From assembly GCA_903813345.2 (NCBI GenBank), contig CAIIXF020000001.1, forward strand, positions 30,628,001 through 30,692,000: 64,000 nt of DNA, given 5' to 3'. Of this stretch, positions 26,601 to 39,500 are shown piece by piece (positions within the stretch are counted from its first letter, which is position 1; every line of letters begins with the position of its first letter). The translations under genes and the position numbers were made by a program. Under the pieces are notes generated by a model. The model made no database searches, was not told where the DNA came from, and was given only the letters and a program-made list of their open reading frames with translations. Source of the DNA: Owenia fusiformis. Lineage: Eukaryota.

Positions 26601-29600
26601 GCACCACCGATATTCTGTCCCATATATGGGTATGTCGTAATACAAAATTCGAATTCAAACAGCCGCCATTTTGTTCACTTCAACATTTAAATCGTGAATT
26701 TTGGTCTTATTTCCAAACGAAAAATTCCAAAACTCACAAGAAACGATCGAGATATTGGTTCGAATCTTTTGAACTGTTTATTTTGAATTTATAGTCGGTT
26801 TTAATTTCAGAAAATAACGACATTTCGACGTTTTCATTGTTGGAAAATATCGAGTTTCGATCCTGGGAGCCAATCCTCCTTGTTAAAATACATTTTCCAA
26901 TTTATGTGAAATTTAAAATCAATCTTCCATTTATCTTTGGTGTACATCCTTTCTTTATTATGATATTCCAGGATATTATAGAAAAACTTAGATTTTTGAT
27001 CTTTGAAGAATACTTTTTTATTATTATTGTAAAAAAATTGTCCTTTCATAATTTTTACAAACTTAGCAATTTTAGGTTTCATTATTTTTTCAAAAGGTTG
27101 CAGTATTTTTCTCGCTAAAGATATTTCTGAAATCCAGTTTCTCTTGTCTTTTAATTTTTCTAAAATGTGTTCTTCTTTAAGTAAATTGCCATTCACATCT
27201 ATAATATCCTTTACATAAAGAATATCACTTTTAATCCAAGATTTAAAAAACAGACATTCTCCATTATTTTTCTTAAACAAATAGTTTCCAAAAATTGATT
27301 CTTGACAGAGTTTGTCATGATTTATAGCTACAGTATTCCCTCTGTCTTTACATTTATTGAAACTTAGTAATATTTCTTGATAAAATTTAGGAATACTTAA
27401 TAAAAGTGGCATCTCTTTAGCAGAATTAAAGTTCATTCTAAGGAGTATTTCATTATTGGATGTTATTTTATTAAAATTCCACAGGGGTAAAATATTCCAC
27501 TGATTTTTTTCACCAGGATGAAAAATTCTATCTATCCAAGATGCTTTTAAAGCACTGAATTGATTTTCGATATTAATCATATTCACACCTCCTTCTGAAA
27601 TATCTTTATATAGTATATTTCTTTTAATCCGGTCTTTGCCATTCCAAATAAAATTAAATAGTATTGTATTTATTCTTAAAATCATATCTTTTGGAATTGG
27701 AAGAATAGATGCACTATAAATAAGTTTTGGGAGTGCAAGTGACTTTATTATTAATATTTTTCCAAAAATGGTTAAATCTCTTCTTTTCCATTTTTCTAAA
27801 TAAGTTTGCATACCTTCAATTTTTTCATCCCAATTTTTCATCTTACATTGATTGTTGTCATATCCAATATAAATGCCAAGATATTTTATGGGTTGAGATT
27901 TGAACTGTAAATTTTGAAATTTGCCATTTTTGTCACTCCATTTACCAAGCCCTATTGCCTCAGTTTTTTCTAAATTTAGCTTCATTCCAGAAACAGTGCA
28001 AAACATATTTATTTTCTTTATGGCATTCTTTATGGAATGCTCATCTGCAAGGAAAAGTGTGCAATCATCTGCATATAATGCTGTTTTTATTTCAAATTGG
28101 TCCTCATTTAGTTTGACATTAATTCCACGGATATTCTCACTTTGTTTAATACTGTAGATTGGGTTAATTTGGCGCCCGCTTTAATTTGGCGAATTTGGCG
28201 AAATTGAAAAATTCGCCAATATAAATCTTCGCCAAAATTTAGAATGAATCCCCGGGAATTGTCTAGGGTATTTCGTCGAGTGTATTTAGGTCACTTCCGG
28301 TTTAGTTTTTTCCAAAAATATGAAAAAATGTCTCTCATAAATTGGCTCAGAACTGGTCAGTCACTTATTAATACTCAGGGAAAAACTAGAAAGGAAAAGT
28401 GCAGTATAGTAGCAGTATCAATCGAGGTGCAAAATGTAAAGGATGATCTCACAAAAATGTACAAACGTGGTGAATATTGCCAGTGGTCCTCAAAAGAAAA
28501 AATTAACATAAAATTCGCAAACAACGCGTAAGTTAATTAAATTTTTTTTGCATATCCGCCAAATTAAATAGCCGCCAATATGCCAAAAATGGCAAAATCG
28601 CCAAATTAAGTAGCGCCAAATTAACCCAATCTACAGTACTTAAATTTAACATTTCCATTGATATGATGAAAAGTAGGGCAGACAATGGACAGCCTTGCTT
28701 AATTCCCCTGCTCATGTGTACTTTTTCAGTTAACCATCCATTATGTTTAATGACAATTGAGGGATTTGAGTATATCATTTTTACCCATCTTAAGAAGTCA
28801 TTCCCAAAGTTAAGTTTTTTTAGTGTTAATAGCATAAAATTCCACTCAATTGAATCAGAAGCTTTCTCAAAATCAGTTAATACTATAGCGCCATCTTTAT
28901 TTGTGATCTTACAATATTCTAATGTTGTTTAAAGTGCTGTAACATTGCTGTAACAGTCTGATCATCATGAAATATGGTACGCTGGTGGGAAATTGAATGA
29001 TGTAGAAGTGCGCCAAATGTCAGGGAGCAATTTCCTGATATGACAAAGACATGAGAGTTGCTGTTTTTTTGATTTTGTATTACAAAATGTTTTTGCAATT
29101 GACTCTTATTTTACTCATAGAGAGAATAGAATAGGTATAAACACATTGATAAATTCTCAAAAAAGTAAATTGATTAATGTTCAACAATTCAGACTAATTT
29201 GTACAGTGAACAGATATACATTAAAGCATCCCCTCCCCTATTTCCTTACCTGATAGGATTTCAATTTGTCTAAAAGCTCTAGGTTGGTGTACTGCAATGA
29301 ATATTATGTCCAACATAATGGAGGCTAAGAGCATGAGCATGAACTGCAAAGAAAGCATAGAAACATTTATACCAGGTGCCAGGGGTTTCCTCAAATAGAC
29401 CACAATCTTATAGGTAATAAATTGGGATCCCAATTGTACCATTGTTTGCACCACAATTAAGACTAATTAGTTTTGGAAAGCGCATATTGTATACCCTATT
29501 TTTAAAATACGAATTGAACATACCATAAATACTGCATCAGGTGATTCATTCTGTATAAGAGCCCAGATGCCCAACACTAAGATGAATGTATTCATGTAGA

Positions 29601-30435
29601 TATAAGCAGGTGGCAAGTAAAGAGAGCTCATAGATGCGCTGAAATAATCACATAGAAATCTTACATCAAACCACTTACTTTTTGGAAAATGGTAGATTGT
29701 GTGTATGAAGAGGGATCAGAGGCATTAGATTTGATGCACAGTAAAAAAGGGACTCTATCAAGGTGTCTATGATGGAAGGTTGTGATAATCCACTGTATCC
29801 TAAGGGGTGGAAATTTCTGTAGATGGCATTAACATACAATGTAGAGTATTTCTTGAAGGTGACATTGTTCAATGCTTCCTCATAGGTTGTTTCATGTTGA
29901 ATTCACTATTTCAGATTTCTGTTTTGATATTACATGTAATTTAATTTCTGTTTTGATATTAATAATGAAATTATCATAATTATCTATATGCATATCGAAT
30001 AATTATCTATATGCATATCAAATCTAACCATCATAGACAATTCCTAGTTTATCTACCACATCATATCCAAATCTGTTCTCTCCTAATAGTACATTTTTTA
30101 GACTTTCTATAATTTCATAATTTAATCATATTTACACATGAAAATGTGTTATGTTCATTAGAGACTTGTTTCCGCAACTTACCAGACTGTCAGTATGAAA
30201 TGAGCACCCCATATCACCTGTAAAATTAACACAATAAGACATTTAATGTCATAATAAAATACTTTCAATACACTGTTGTAAAATACGCATAGCATGATAA
30301 GAATTCCAAATCAAGTCATGTAATAAATCTTGATAATAATTTTGGGGGAAAATTGTGAATATCATAAGTAATCTCCCATCAACAACTAAACAAAAAATAG
30401 TTCACCAAGCCTTGGGATCTTGGTAATGGGTCCAT
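23633..30435 (-). CDS. AGTRAP: Type-1 angiotensin II receptor-associated protein-like, about 182 aa; first exon uncertain
   Basis: Exons 5'->3': 30435-30406 (tentative; alternative 30635-30609), 30217-30183, 29638-29524, 29343-29250, 25554-25515, 24090-23972, 23748-23633. All GT-AG and in frame. Protein reads VIWGAHFILTVCAS...YIYMNTFILVLGIWALIQNESPDAVFMF...SIMLDIIFI...YRFSLGMSIVNLIIKPITSFILYRIYQDRGG...GYDNID, matching the AGTRAP three-TM pattern. Confidence 0.85.
24221..25050. mobile_element. Kolobok-like non-autonomous DNA transposon
   Basis: TTAA|AGTCCCCGTCTAAAGTTTGA ... TTAAACTTTACATGGGGCCT|TTAA: imperfect TIRs with a TTAA TSD. Confidence 0.65.
25655..25958 (-). mobile_element. Degenerate Tc1/mariner-superfamily transposase remnant
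   Basis: PDFYLWGYANDKVYQNDLRTIADLKKEIICVIQAI resembles the PxDFxLWGYxKxxVY C-terminal motif. A TA|CAGG...AAAAAAATGGCAACCC end at about 25655 is similar to the end at 4330. Confidence 0.65.
26578..26882. mobile_element. 305 bp MITE with 9 bp TSD (Mutator-like TSD length) inside the LINE
   Basis: Perfect TIR CAAGGAGGATTGGCTCCCAG / CTGGGAGCCAATCCTCCTTG. TSD TTAAAATAC at 26569-26577 and 26883-26891. Excision restores ...WKMYFNNKIIAIV... Confidence 0.9.
28152..28636. mobile_element. 485 bp MITE with TA TSD inside the LINE RT domain
   Basis: TIR CTGTAGATTGGGTTAATTTGGCGC / GCGCCAAATTAACCCAATCTACAG with TA on both sides. Excision restores ...MLNLSIKQSENIRGI...YADD. Confidence 0.9.
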
Positions 30436-30884
30436 TATCTATAATATGTTGCACATTATTCATAACCTTCTGAAATGTTTCTATTTTTCATATACTGTTG
30501 CAATGTGGTCCTTTGATTGCTTAGTTTTGAGATTCAAAGTTGCCGATGGAATTATGAATCTGACTGTAATTGCATGCTTCTTGATTTTTTCTGTTAACTT
30601 TCCCTTACCTTTAAGGCGAATGTTCAAGAAAACATTTTTGAAAAAATTGCTATGTCTCCAATGTTATTTTATGGTACAAAATACAGAATGACTAAAGCAT
30701 ATGTGTATTTCTTTGCTTTTTCCAGGAAAGCATCATTACATTGTCTATTAGTTAACCTGGTAAGAGGTCAATGGTAAAAAATGCAGATATTCAAGAAATA
30801 ATATTAGAAATGACCGCCTTTTCAATTTTCAAAATTTTTTCTTCAGTTCAACTGCAATTTGACTGTGGTCTTTATTTGCACAAG

Positions 30885-31156
30885 AAAATAACATGTAGAC
30901 TTACTAAGATCCTCTAGTCTGATATTTTTTGAAAATTGGCTGAAAGTACTTATGGTAAGGGTGCATGTTCGGAATTTTGCTGCAACCATCAATAGGGTCA
31001 CATGTTATTTTTCAAATTTGAAAATAACATGTAGACTTACTAAGATCCTCTAGTCTGATATTTTTTGAAAATTGGCTGAAAGTACTTATGGTAAGGGTGC
31101 ATGTTGGGAATTTTGCTGCAACCCTCAATAGGGTCACATGTTATTTTTCAAATTTG
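30885..31156. repeat. Tandem duplication of a ~136 bp unit
   Basis: GAAAATAACATGTAGACTTACTAAGATCC...CATGTTATTTTTCAAATTTG occurs twice, near-identical. Confidence 0.8.
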
Positions 31157-31394
31157 AATCACTCCTTCCCCACAATGTCTACATCTCTCACTTTTGCACA
31201 ACGAGTGCACTAATGTACCTAGAAAAGAATGTAGAGGAATAATATGTTTTGCTAAAATGTATAAAAAACAAGAAAATTCTCTCATTTTTTATACATTTTA
31301 CGAAACAAAACTTCTCACTAGTCTTTTCTAGGTACATAAATTCACTCTCTGTGCAAAACTGGAAGATGTAGACAATGTGGGGAAGGAGTGATTC
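31156..31394. mobile_element. Palindromic MITE
   Basis: GAATCACTCCTTCCCCACAATGTCTACATCT ... AGATGTAGACAATGTGGGGAAGGAGTGATTC. Confidence 0.7.
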
Positions 31395-31402
31395 CTGTTT
31401 GA

Positions 31403-33340
31403 AAAATAAAGGACCCGCGGTCCTGTGCTCACACAGTTTGGAACCTTTAGAGGAATGTATATCCTGACTTTCAAACAAAAACATTGATTTGGATTTGTAG
31501 TCTCGAACTTTGAGAAACTTAGATAGCACAGTTGTGTGACCTAGTTTGATGACTTTTGACCTTGAAAATTTTACTTATTCAGAGCTCAGTAAGGTCTTTT
31601 GTGATTAAGCTGACCAAAATTTACATCTAAAAATCAATTTGAAAAATCAACTTTTTTGACCTTTTGAAGGTCACTGAAGGTCAAATCCTAAAACTAATGT
31701 CAGATTTGAACTCCTGGCACCTTGTAGATGATTTTCCATAAAAATTTGGTCAAATTGAAGCAAGTTGAAAAATAACTTATTTTTACTGTTTTTTGATGTC
31801 AAATATCTCAAAAACGGTAAAAATTTCATGCTGGCATATAATGAGCAATATGTAGGGAATGCTTAAATCTAGTAATGATGTAATTCATTGCAAGAAATTA
31901 TCAAGTATAAGGCAAACTTTGATAAACTTGTCAATCACAAAAGTCCTACTTTTTGTCAAATTTTATAGAGTAAACACCAAAAACTGTCATTCCAAGACCT
32001 TTGGAATCTTCAGAGGACATAAGTTGCATATACAGCAACTACTACAAGTTATTTGAAAGTTCTACTTCAACAAAGTCACGCCCAGTGATCGTGAATATGG
32101 GACGGAGGGGGGGAGCAGGCAATTTCTGCTAGGAAATTCAACAAATCTGGAAGATTTATTTTTTCAAGAAAAAGTTTACAATTGAATTGCTAAATGGATA
32201 GGCGCACGGTATGGTAGAATATGTTAGGTTTTCTGGAATTTTTTCTGAAACGATACGCATCTAAGGTATGAGATCTATTAAAAAAGGCGCAAGGCCATCA
32301 ACAGGCACAAATCAACGTTTTTGCTATAAATCAAGCAACAATGGTCTGGACGACCTGTAATAAATACTTGTAAGTGATGTTATCATAACTAAATTAATGT
32401 CATTGCTGAATTTATAAAATAAGTTTCCATATGTGAAATAAAAAATAATCGAAAATAATGAATTTGGGACGGAGGGGGGGAGGGGACGGAGGGGGGGGGA
32501 GCAATATGTATATAAGACATGATTAGAGATGTTTCGCGACTTTAAGTCCTTTTACTCCAAATGTCCCCATTTTTCAGTCTCCAGGGGTATATCATCCAGT
32601 TTCTTACTAAGTTAATGAGTTCATTTTTCAAATACAAGAATTCGTGTGAAGTTGTTTCACTTTATAGAATTATTACTCCCCCCCTCCGTCCCCTCCCCCC
32701 CATTTTAATTATTTTCGATTATTTTTTATTTTACGTATGGGAACTTATTTTATAAATTCAGCAATGACATTAATTTAGTTATGATAACATCACTTACAAG
32801 TATTTATTACAGGTCGTGTAGTCCATTGTTGCTTGATTTATAGCAAAAACTTTGACTTTTGCACGTTGGTTGCGTTGCGCCTTTTTTAATAGATCTTATA
32901 TCTTAAAAGAGTATCGGTTGAAAAATAATCCTAGAATACCTAACATATTTTATCATACCGTGCGCTTATTCAATTTGCAATTCAATCGTAAACTCTGTCT
33001 TGAAAAAATAATTTTACCAGATTTGTTGAATTTTCTAGCAGAAATTGCCTGCTCCCCCCCTCCGTCCCATATTCACGATCACCGGGCGTGAAAGTGTCTA
33101 GTATTTACAGAAAATTTGACTTTTTAACGTCAAAATCAGCAACTTCTCGGAAACCGGGCGAACTTGAGAAATGGCAATGATAGGTCAAATAGGCATTGTG
33201 GATATGCATAAAATGAATGTGGATATGACTCAATCCGAATAGCAGTTTTAATTTGTGCGGCCAATGTTGACGTACGCACGGACAGACCAACGGACGGATG
33301 CCCGGTCGATCCCATAGGCTCACTGTGTGAGCCAATAACA
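31403..33340 (+). mobile_element. HINE/Helentron-associated-like element (subterminal IR, GACG microsatellite, terminal hairpin)
   Basis: GCTCACACAG (31427-31436) is inverted against CTGTGTGAGC (33323-33332). TGACCTT-rich core and GGACAGAC/GGACGGAT repeats near 33280-33300. Interrupted by 32077-33090. Confidence 0.5.
32077..33090. mobile_element. 1 kb foldback DNA transposon with CAC...GTG ends and 5 bp TSD
   Basis: CACGCCCAGTGATCGTGAATATGGGACGG ... CCGTCCCATATTCACGATCACCGGGCGTG with arms of about 420 bp. AAAGT at 32072-32076 and 33091-33095. Confidence 0.85.
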
Positions 33341-33407
33341 TGTGACTCAATTGAGAAATGTAGCAAAATTCCGAACATGCAACCTGGCCTTATACTAAAA
33401 TAACATA

Positions 33408-35737
33408 CACTCTGTTAAGCATGATAAAAGGCAAGAAGTTTAGTTAGAAATAAAAGAGTTATCTCATGAATGGGACCCTTACATAGCTCCTAAAAGGTAG
33501 AAGACACTAAATGATGTAACACTATAAGCTGAATTTTGTCCACATAGAGCATGTGCACAATACTAAAGACATGTAAAATTGAACTGTCAAAAGAACTGAA
33601 ATATACTTACCAGCTCGCCTCTTCCGGAAGTTATGATACGTTATGGTGTAACTACGGTAATTAATTTTAAAATATTGAAAAAATCACAAAATACAAGTTC
33701 TGAGGTATATCGCCATTTTTAAGCGAATTAGCCCATACTATGACTATATATTCGCACCCCCATATACAGATATATATAAACTTCATCTTCACAATAAATT
33801 GAGCTTCTTTCAAATTTCCATTTTTTGAGATAAGTGCCATTTTCTTACAATTCAAGCCGTAAAAATAGTTAGAAAGTGCTTCCCAGTTGAGGTTAATGGC
33901 TTTTATACTTACATTAATGTATGGAGCACTTAAAATGTACTTAGAATCGTATAAATAGCTCTATTCTGTGAGATTTATTTTTGTTTTTATTTTTACATTT
34001 TTCTCACCTCATAATTGAAGAGCTCCGCTGTTGATTTACATTCAGTTACACGTATTTGCTTGAAAATTCGCCATGATTGGAACAAATGATGGTTGGTTTA
34101 TGTTATATTTATTTAGTTTGTATTTGAATCTAGCTACTTAAACACAAAACATGTCTTCATATTATGCTAAAGAGCAAAGATCGCGAATTCTAGGTGAAGC
34201 CAATTATTTTGCACAAGTCATATCCTGATTGCATCATAGTTACTTTGTACTAGTCACATCCTGATTGCATCAGCCAATTCACGTGATTTACAGTTTCAGG
34301 CCTGTCAACTTGGGAACACCTACGGAACGGAATGCGTGACATATTCGTAATTCGCGTGAAAAGTCCGAACGAAATGCGTACATTTTTTTTCCGGCGTTCG
34401 TATTTTTGCTGTGTAGACGATCTTTTTTAGAAATTTTTCTACAGAAATATTTTTGCTTGACAATTACCAGGTAAAATGCGTATTTGCGTGACATTTTCTG
34501 TCACGCAAAAATAACTGGCGTGACTTCAAATTCTTCAGCAAATGCGTGACAAATACGCAAATTGCGGGACAGTTGACAGGCCTGCAGTTTGCACATGGTT
34601 TCAATATACATGTTATACTACTTCCGGGTAGGGTAGTGTTTTTTATACTTTAAAAACAAAGCCATTTCGATCAGTTTTTATAATGCTTGGTAGAACTGAG
34701 AGGTTTTACAATGCATATTTAAATTAATACACATGAGTGTATTTGATGAACTCTCAAAAATAAAACCCACAATAATATCTTTTTTATTCACAATTTCATG
34801 TCATTGTTTCTAACAAGTCGCCTCTTTCTCTCTTTTCTTTATTTTTGTCAACAGTCAAAATCGGAATTTAAAACTTGGTTTCTTTACAAGCTCTGCTTCT
34901 GTAAATACTAAATAACATGAAAAATGTTAAACCTGACATCCTACACTTATTTGATATGAAATAGGCGATCATTGATATCATTTTTGTGCTGTTAAGTGTG
35001 GATCTTTTAATTTTTTAGTCAAACTTGATCGCTGATCTCTGTCGATGTGACGTCACGCATTAAATATGCACGCATGGGCAGTACAATACTTAAGGCAATA
35101 TGGCGTCTTAGGCCTATACATGAGCCAGAATGGAGGTCTGCAAGTTGAAATGAATATGTTTGTTTATGCATCAATCGATCACACATATAATCCAGACAAT
35201 CTTTCAAATCATATACTTAACATTGTAATGGATTTATTTATTTTGTGAGCTAACGTTCCCTTTAATTTTCATTGGTGAAGCAATGATTTTACCTAAAATG
35301 AGTCCCTGTCTTTGCATAGTGATATTTAAAAATCGAGAAGCAAAACCTATGTTGAATATACTGTGTATTGATGAAGTTTATATATAGCCACAAAAATATT
35401 GTTATTATATCGGCAAATTCGCTCAAAAATGGTTGTACACCCTAGAAATTGAATGTTGTTGATTTTTTCAATATTTTAAAATTAATTACCGTAGTTACAC
35501 CATAACGTATCATAACTTCCGGTAGAGGCGAGCTGGTGAGTAATTTCTATTATTTTGACAGTTCAATTTTACATGTCTTTAGTATTGTGCACATGCTCTA
35601 TGTGGACAAAATTCAGCTTATAGTGTCACACCATTTAGTGTCTTCTACCTTTTAGGAGCCATGTAAGGGTCCCATTCATGAGATAACTCTTTTATTTCTA
35701 ACTAAACTTCTTGCCTTTTATCATGCTTAACAGAGTG
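33408..35737. mobile_element. 2.3 kb non-autonomous element with ~350 bp TIRs and TA TSD
   Basis: TA|CACTCTGTTAAGCATGATAAAAGG ... CCTTTTATCATGCTTAACAGAGTG|TA. 33408-33770 is the reverse complement of about 35380-35737. Confidence 0.8.
34297..34584. mobile_element. MITE with CAGGCCTGTCAAC TIR and 6 bp TSD
   Basis: TIR CAGGCCTGTCAACT / AGTTGACAGGCCTG with CAGTTT on both sides. Same family as 44134-44560 and 59611-59880. Confidence 0.85.
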
Positions 35738-36532
35738 TACATGCAGGTATGTCAATTTTATCAAAATATTTTCTTCAACATGTGCCTTTAAGAATAGGAT
35801 ATTAACAGAAAGAAAATGTAACTGAATTCATGCTACATAAAAAGGAAAGTGATATTTCAAACATATTACTATTGTATGATGAAGAGTCATGTGATTTTAT
35901 TTGTGATGAATATTTTCGCCCTTTATATTTGGATTTCCTCCGTTTAATAAGTATTTATGTTCGCAATTGTATCTCTATGGAATATCTTACCTTTAGTGAT
36001 ACCTGTGGAGCATTCATTTTTTATTACAACTGTCTAGATATCACACAATATATCGAAGTAGAAAGATAATTTTATTTTCAAATCTACCAAGTTTACTTCC
36101 GGCATCTGATAAGTCTCTATCAAAAATGTAATTACATATTTAGCAGATTTAAATTAGTTATATAAATTAATTTTACCTCCTATTACAATAAAAAATATTT
36201 TGTATCAATACAGTACAATAAAATGTACGAATAATATTGATTTAAACATGATAATTCATTATGTTGATGAGGCTATTGTTCAAGATGGCGCCGCCCATGA
36301 AAATGTGAAAAAATGGTAATATTTTCAGATATTGTTAAATTTCTTGTATATTTACAATATGTTGTATTCTTAGATGTATTATTCAACGATATAAATACTC
36401 CATCATCTTAGGGGCATGTATTTTATTGATTTTTAGTAAAGTATTACCATAATATACATAAAAATAATTCAATTTATTATGGCTTATCTAATTTTCAGGT
36501 AAAGTTAACCAAATGGTCGCGAGTAAATCTCA

Positions 36533-39500
36533 GGCAAAACTGCCCTAATTCACGTCACCATACTAGTCAATGGGCAAAAGGGCAAACGCCTGACTTTTTA
36601 TCTCGAGTTATGGATTTATGTGGCCTCACTGGCCTATCTGAGGTTCTAAAGCTATGTCTAAGCTACATCTTGACACTAAACTCAATAGGGGCCAATCATC
36701 TACTTTTTGAAATAATTGGTCAATTGTGACACTACCCCCTCTCTCTGCAGACACAAATTGAAATTCACAAAAATGAAGGCAAAATTAATACGCCACTTGA
36801 CTCGAAATTTTCCTTCAGATAACCCAAATAAACGCATTTTCAGAAGAAATGGCATGTTGCCATTGCAAAAAGATTACAACTGTGCCTACATCCTAGCTTA
36901 CTGACTCGTCATGATCACAATTGTGTTGGGACTACATTTATTTTTGAATACTACTTTTTTCTATTCAGCGGAAGTGACGTATTAGGGCATTTTTGCCTAA
37001 TAGCCACATGGTTGGATGATTTCTGGCTTTAAATTGCGTTTTTCCAATTTACTAGAGTTTTTCAAGTAGTTTTGTGCAGTTTAAGAATATTCTGACAGCA
37101 ATTATGAAAAATATGGCAACTACATTACCCCTGGGGTCATTTTTCCAAGAACCCAATGGGTTTCCTTTAAATTTGACTAGTTTTTCATTTACATCATGAA
37201 ATCCACTGCCTGATGGTGACATTTTTCAGTATCGTGTCAAAAAATTGAGTATTTTATTGCATATTGCGATTTATAGCCAAAATCACTGAACCGTGAACCA
37301 GAAAATTGGACAAATTTGGCCCACTTTTTGGCAAAATCTTACTAAAATCATCACTTTTTCATACTTTATTCCATTTAACAACCTCCTGATTTGAAAAATG
37401 ATGACAAATTTGATCAGTTTTGACTATGGCCTAGAGAATTGGGACTTTTGAGATATTTTTTAGCTCGAATGTAGTCATTCAGAGTGAACAAATACATCAA
37501 AAATTGACACTTAACTCACCAATTTCTGACTGCACCCCCGATATGTACCTTCTTTCTATACTGGAAACCATAAGATGGAAAATTCAATCTTTATGATGAA
37601 TAGCAACTCGTTGGCTTCCTCATTTACGACAACAAATGACATTTAGGGGTCACTAAGGACACAATTGTAGCCAAATATCGTCAAAATCAGTGGTTTTTGG
37701 GGTAAAAAGCGAAAACTGCTGATTCAGCAAAAACATTAAATTTGTTCATGAAAATTCCCCTTTTTGCCTCCGTCCAAAATATGTTTCACACTAATAAACT
37801 TCAATTCTGGGCGATTCTGAGTAGTTTTAAAAAATTTTGGTCACTTTCACATGTGACTAATAGGCAAAACTGCCCTAATTCACGTCACCATACTAGTCAA
37901 TGGGCAAAAGGGCAAACGCCTGACTTTTTATCTCGAGTTATGGATTTATGTGGCCTCACTGGCCTATCTGAGGTTCTAAAGCTATGTCTAAGCTACATCT
38001 TGACACTAAACTCAATAGGGGCCAATCATCTACTTTTTGAAATAATTGGTCAATTGTGACACTACCCCCTCTCTCTGCAGACACAAATTGAAATTCACAA
38101 AAATGAAGGCAAAATTAATACGCCACTTGACTCGAAATTTTCCTTCAGATAACCCAAATAAACGCATTTTCAGAAGAAATGGCATGTTGCCATTGCAAAA
38201 AGATTACAACTGTGCCTACATCCTAGCTTACTGACTCGTCATGATCACAATTGTGTTGGGACTACATTTATTTTTGAATACTACTTTTTTCTATTCAGCG
38301 GAAGTGACGTATTAGGGCATTTTTGCCTAATAGCCACATGGTTGGATGATTTCTGGCTTTAAATTGCGTTTTTCCAATTTACTAGAGTTTTTCAAGTAGT
38401 TTTGTGCAGTTTAAGAATATTCTGACAGCAATTATGAAAAATATGGCAACTACATTACCCCTGGGGTCATTTTTCCAAGAACCCAATGGGTTTCCTTTAA
38501 ATTTGACTAGTTTTTCATTTACATCATGAAATCCACTGCCTGATGGTGACATTTTTCAGTATCGTGTCAAAAAATTGAGTATTTTATTGCATATTGCGAT
38601 TTATAGCCAAAATCACTGAACCGTGAACCAGAAAATTGGACAAATTTGGCCCACTTTTTGGCAAAATCTTACTAAAATCATCACTTTTTCATACTTTATT
38701 CCATTTAACAACCTCCTGATTTGAAAAATGATGACAAATTTGATCAGTTTTGACTATGGCCTAGAGAATTGGGACTTTTGAGATATTTTTTAGCTCGAAT
38801 GTAGTCATTCAGAGTGAACAAATACATCAAAAATTGACACTTAACTCACCAATTTCTGACTGCACCCCCGATATGTACCTTCTTTCTATACTGGAAACCA
38901 TAAGATGGAAAATTCAATCTTTATGATGAATAGCAACTCGTTGGCTTCCTCATTTACGACAACAAATGACATTTAGGGGTCACTAAGGACACAATTGTAG
39001 CCAAATATCGTCAAAATCAGTGGTTTTTGGGGTAAAAAGCGAAAACTGCTGATTCAGCAAAAACATTAAATTTGTTCATGAAAATTCCCCTTTTTGCCTC
39101 CGTCCAAAATATGTTTCACACTAATAAACTTCAATTCTGGGCGATTCTGAGTAGTTTTAAAAAATTTTGGTCACTTTCACATGTGACTAATAGGCAAAAC
39201 TGCCCTAATTCACGTCACCATACTAGTCAATGGGCAAAAGGGCAAACGCCTGACTTTTTATCTCGAGTTATGGATTTATGTGGCCTCACTGGCCTATCTG
39301 AGGTTCTAAAGCTATGTCTAAGCTACATCTTGACACTAAACTCAATAGGGGCCAATCATCTACTTTTTGAAATAATTGGTCAATTGTGACACTACCCCCT
39401 CTCTCTGCAGACACAAATTGAAATTCACAAAAATGAAGGCAAAATTAATACGCCACTTGACTCGAAATTTTCCTTCAGATAACCCAAATAAACGCATTTT

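Larger units (their letters stand above)
25973..28921 (-). mobile_element. 5'-truncated Tx1/L1-clade LINE (ORF2 RT plus C-terminal zinc motif), interrupted by two MITEs
   Basis: Motifs DFEKASDSIEW, GIKQGCPLSALLF, YADD, KYLGI, CNFC...H...C; stop at 26100. A-rich tail at about 25973-26020. 14 bp TSD ATGTTGTTTAAAGT at 25959-25972 and 28922-28935. Confidence 0.92.

Noticed and set aside
26100..28006. 390 aa and 181 aa ORFs as host genes
   Set aside because: They are pieces of one LINE ORF2 split by MITEs, bounded by a TSD and an A-rich tail.
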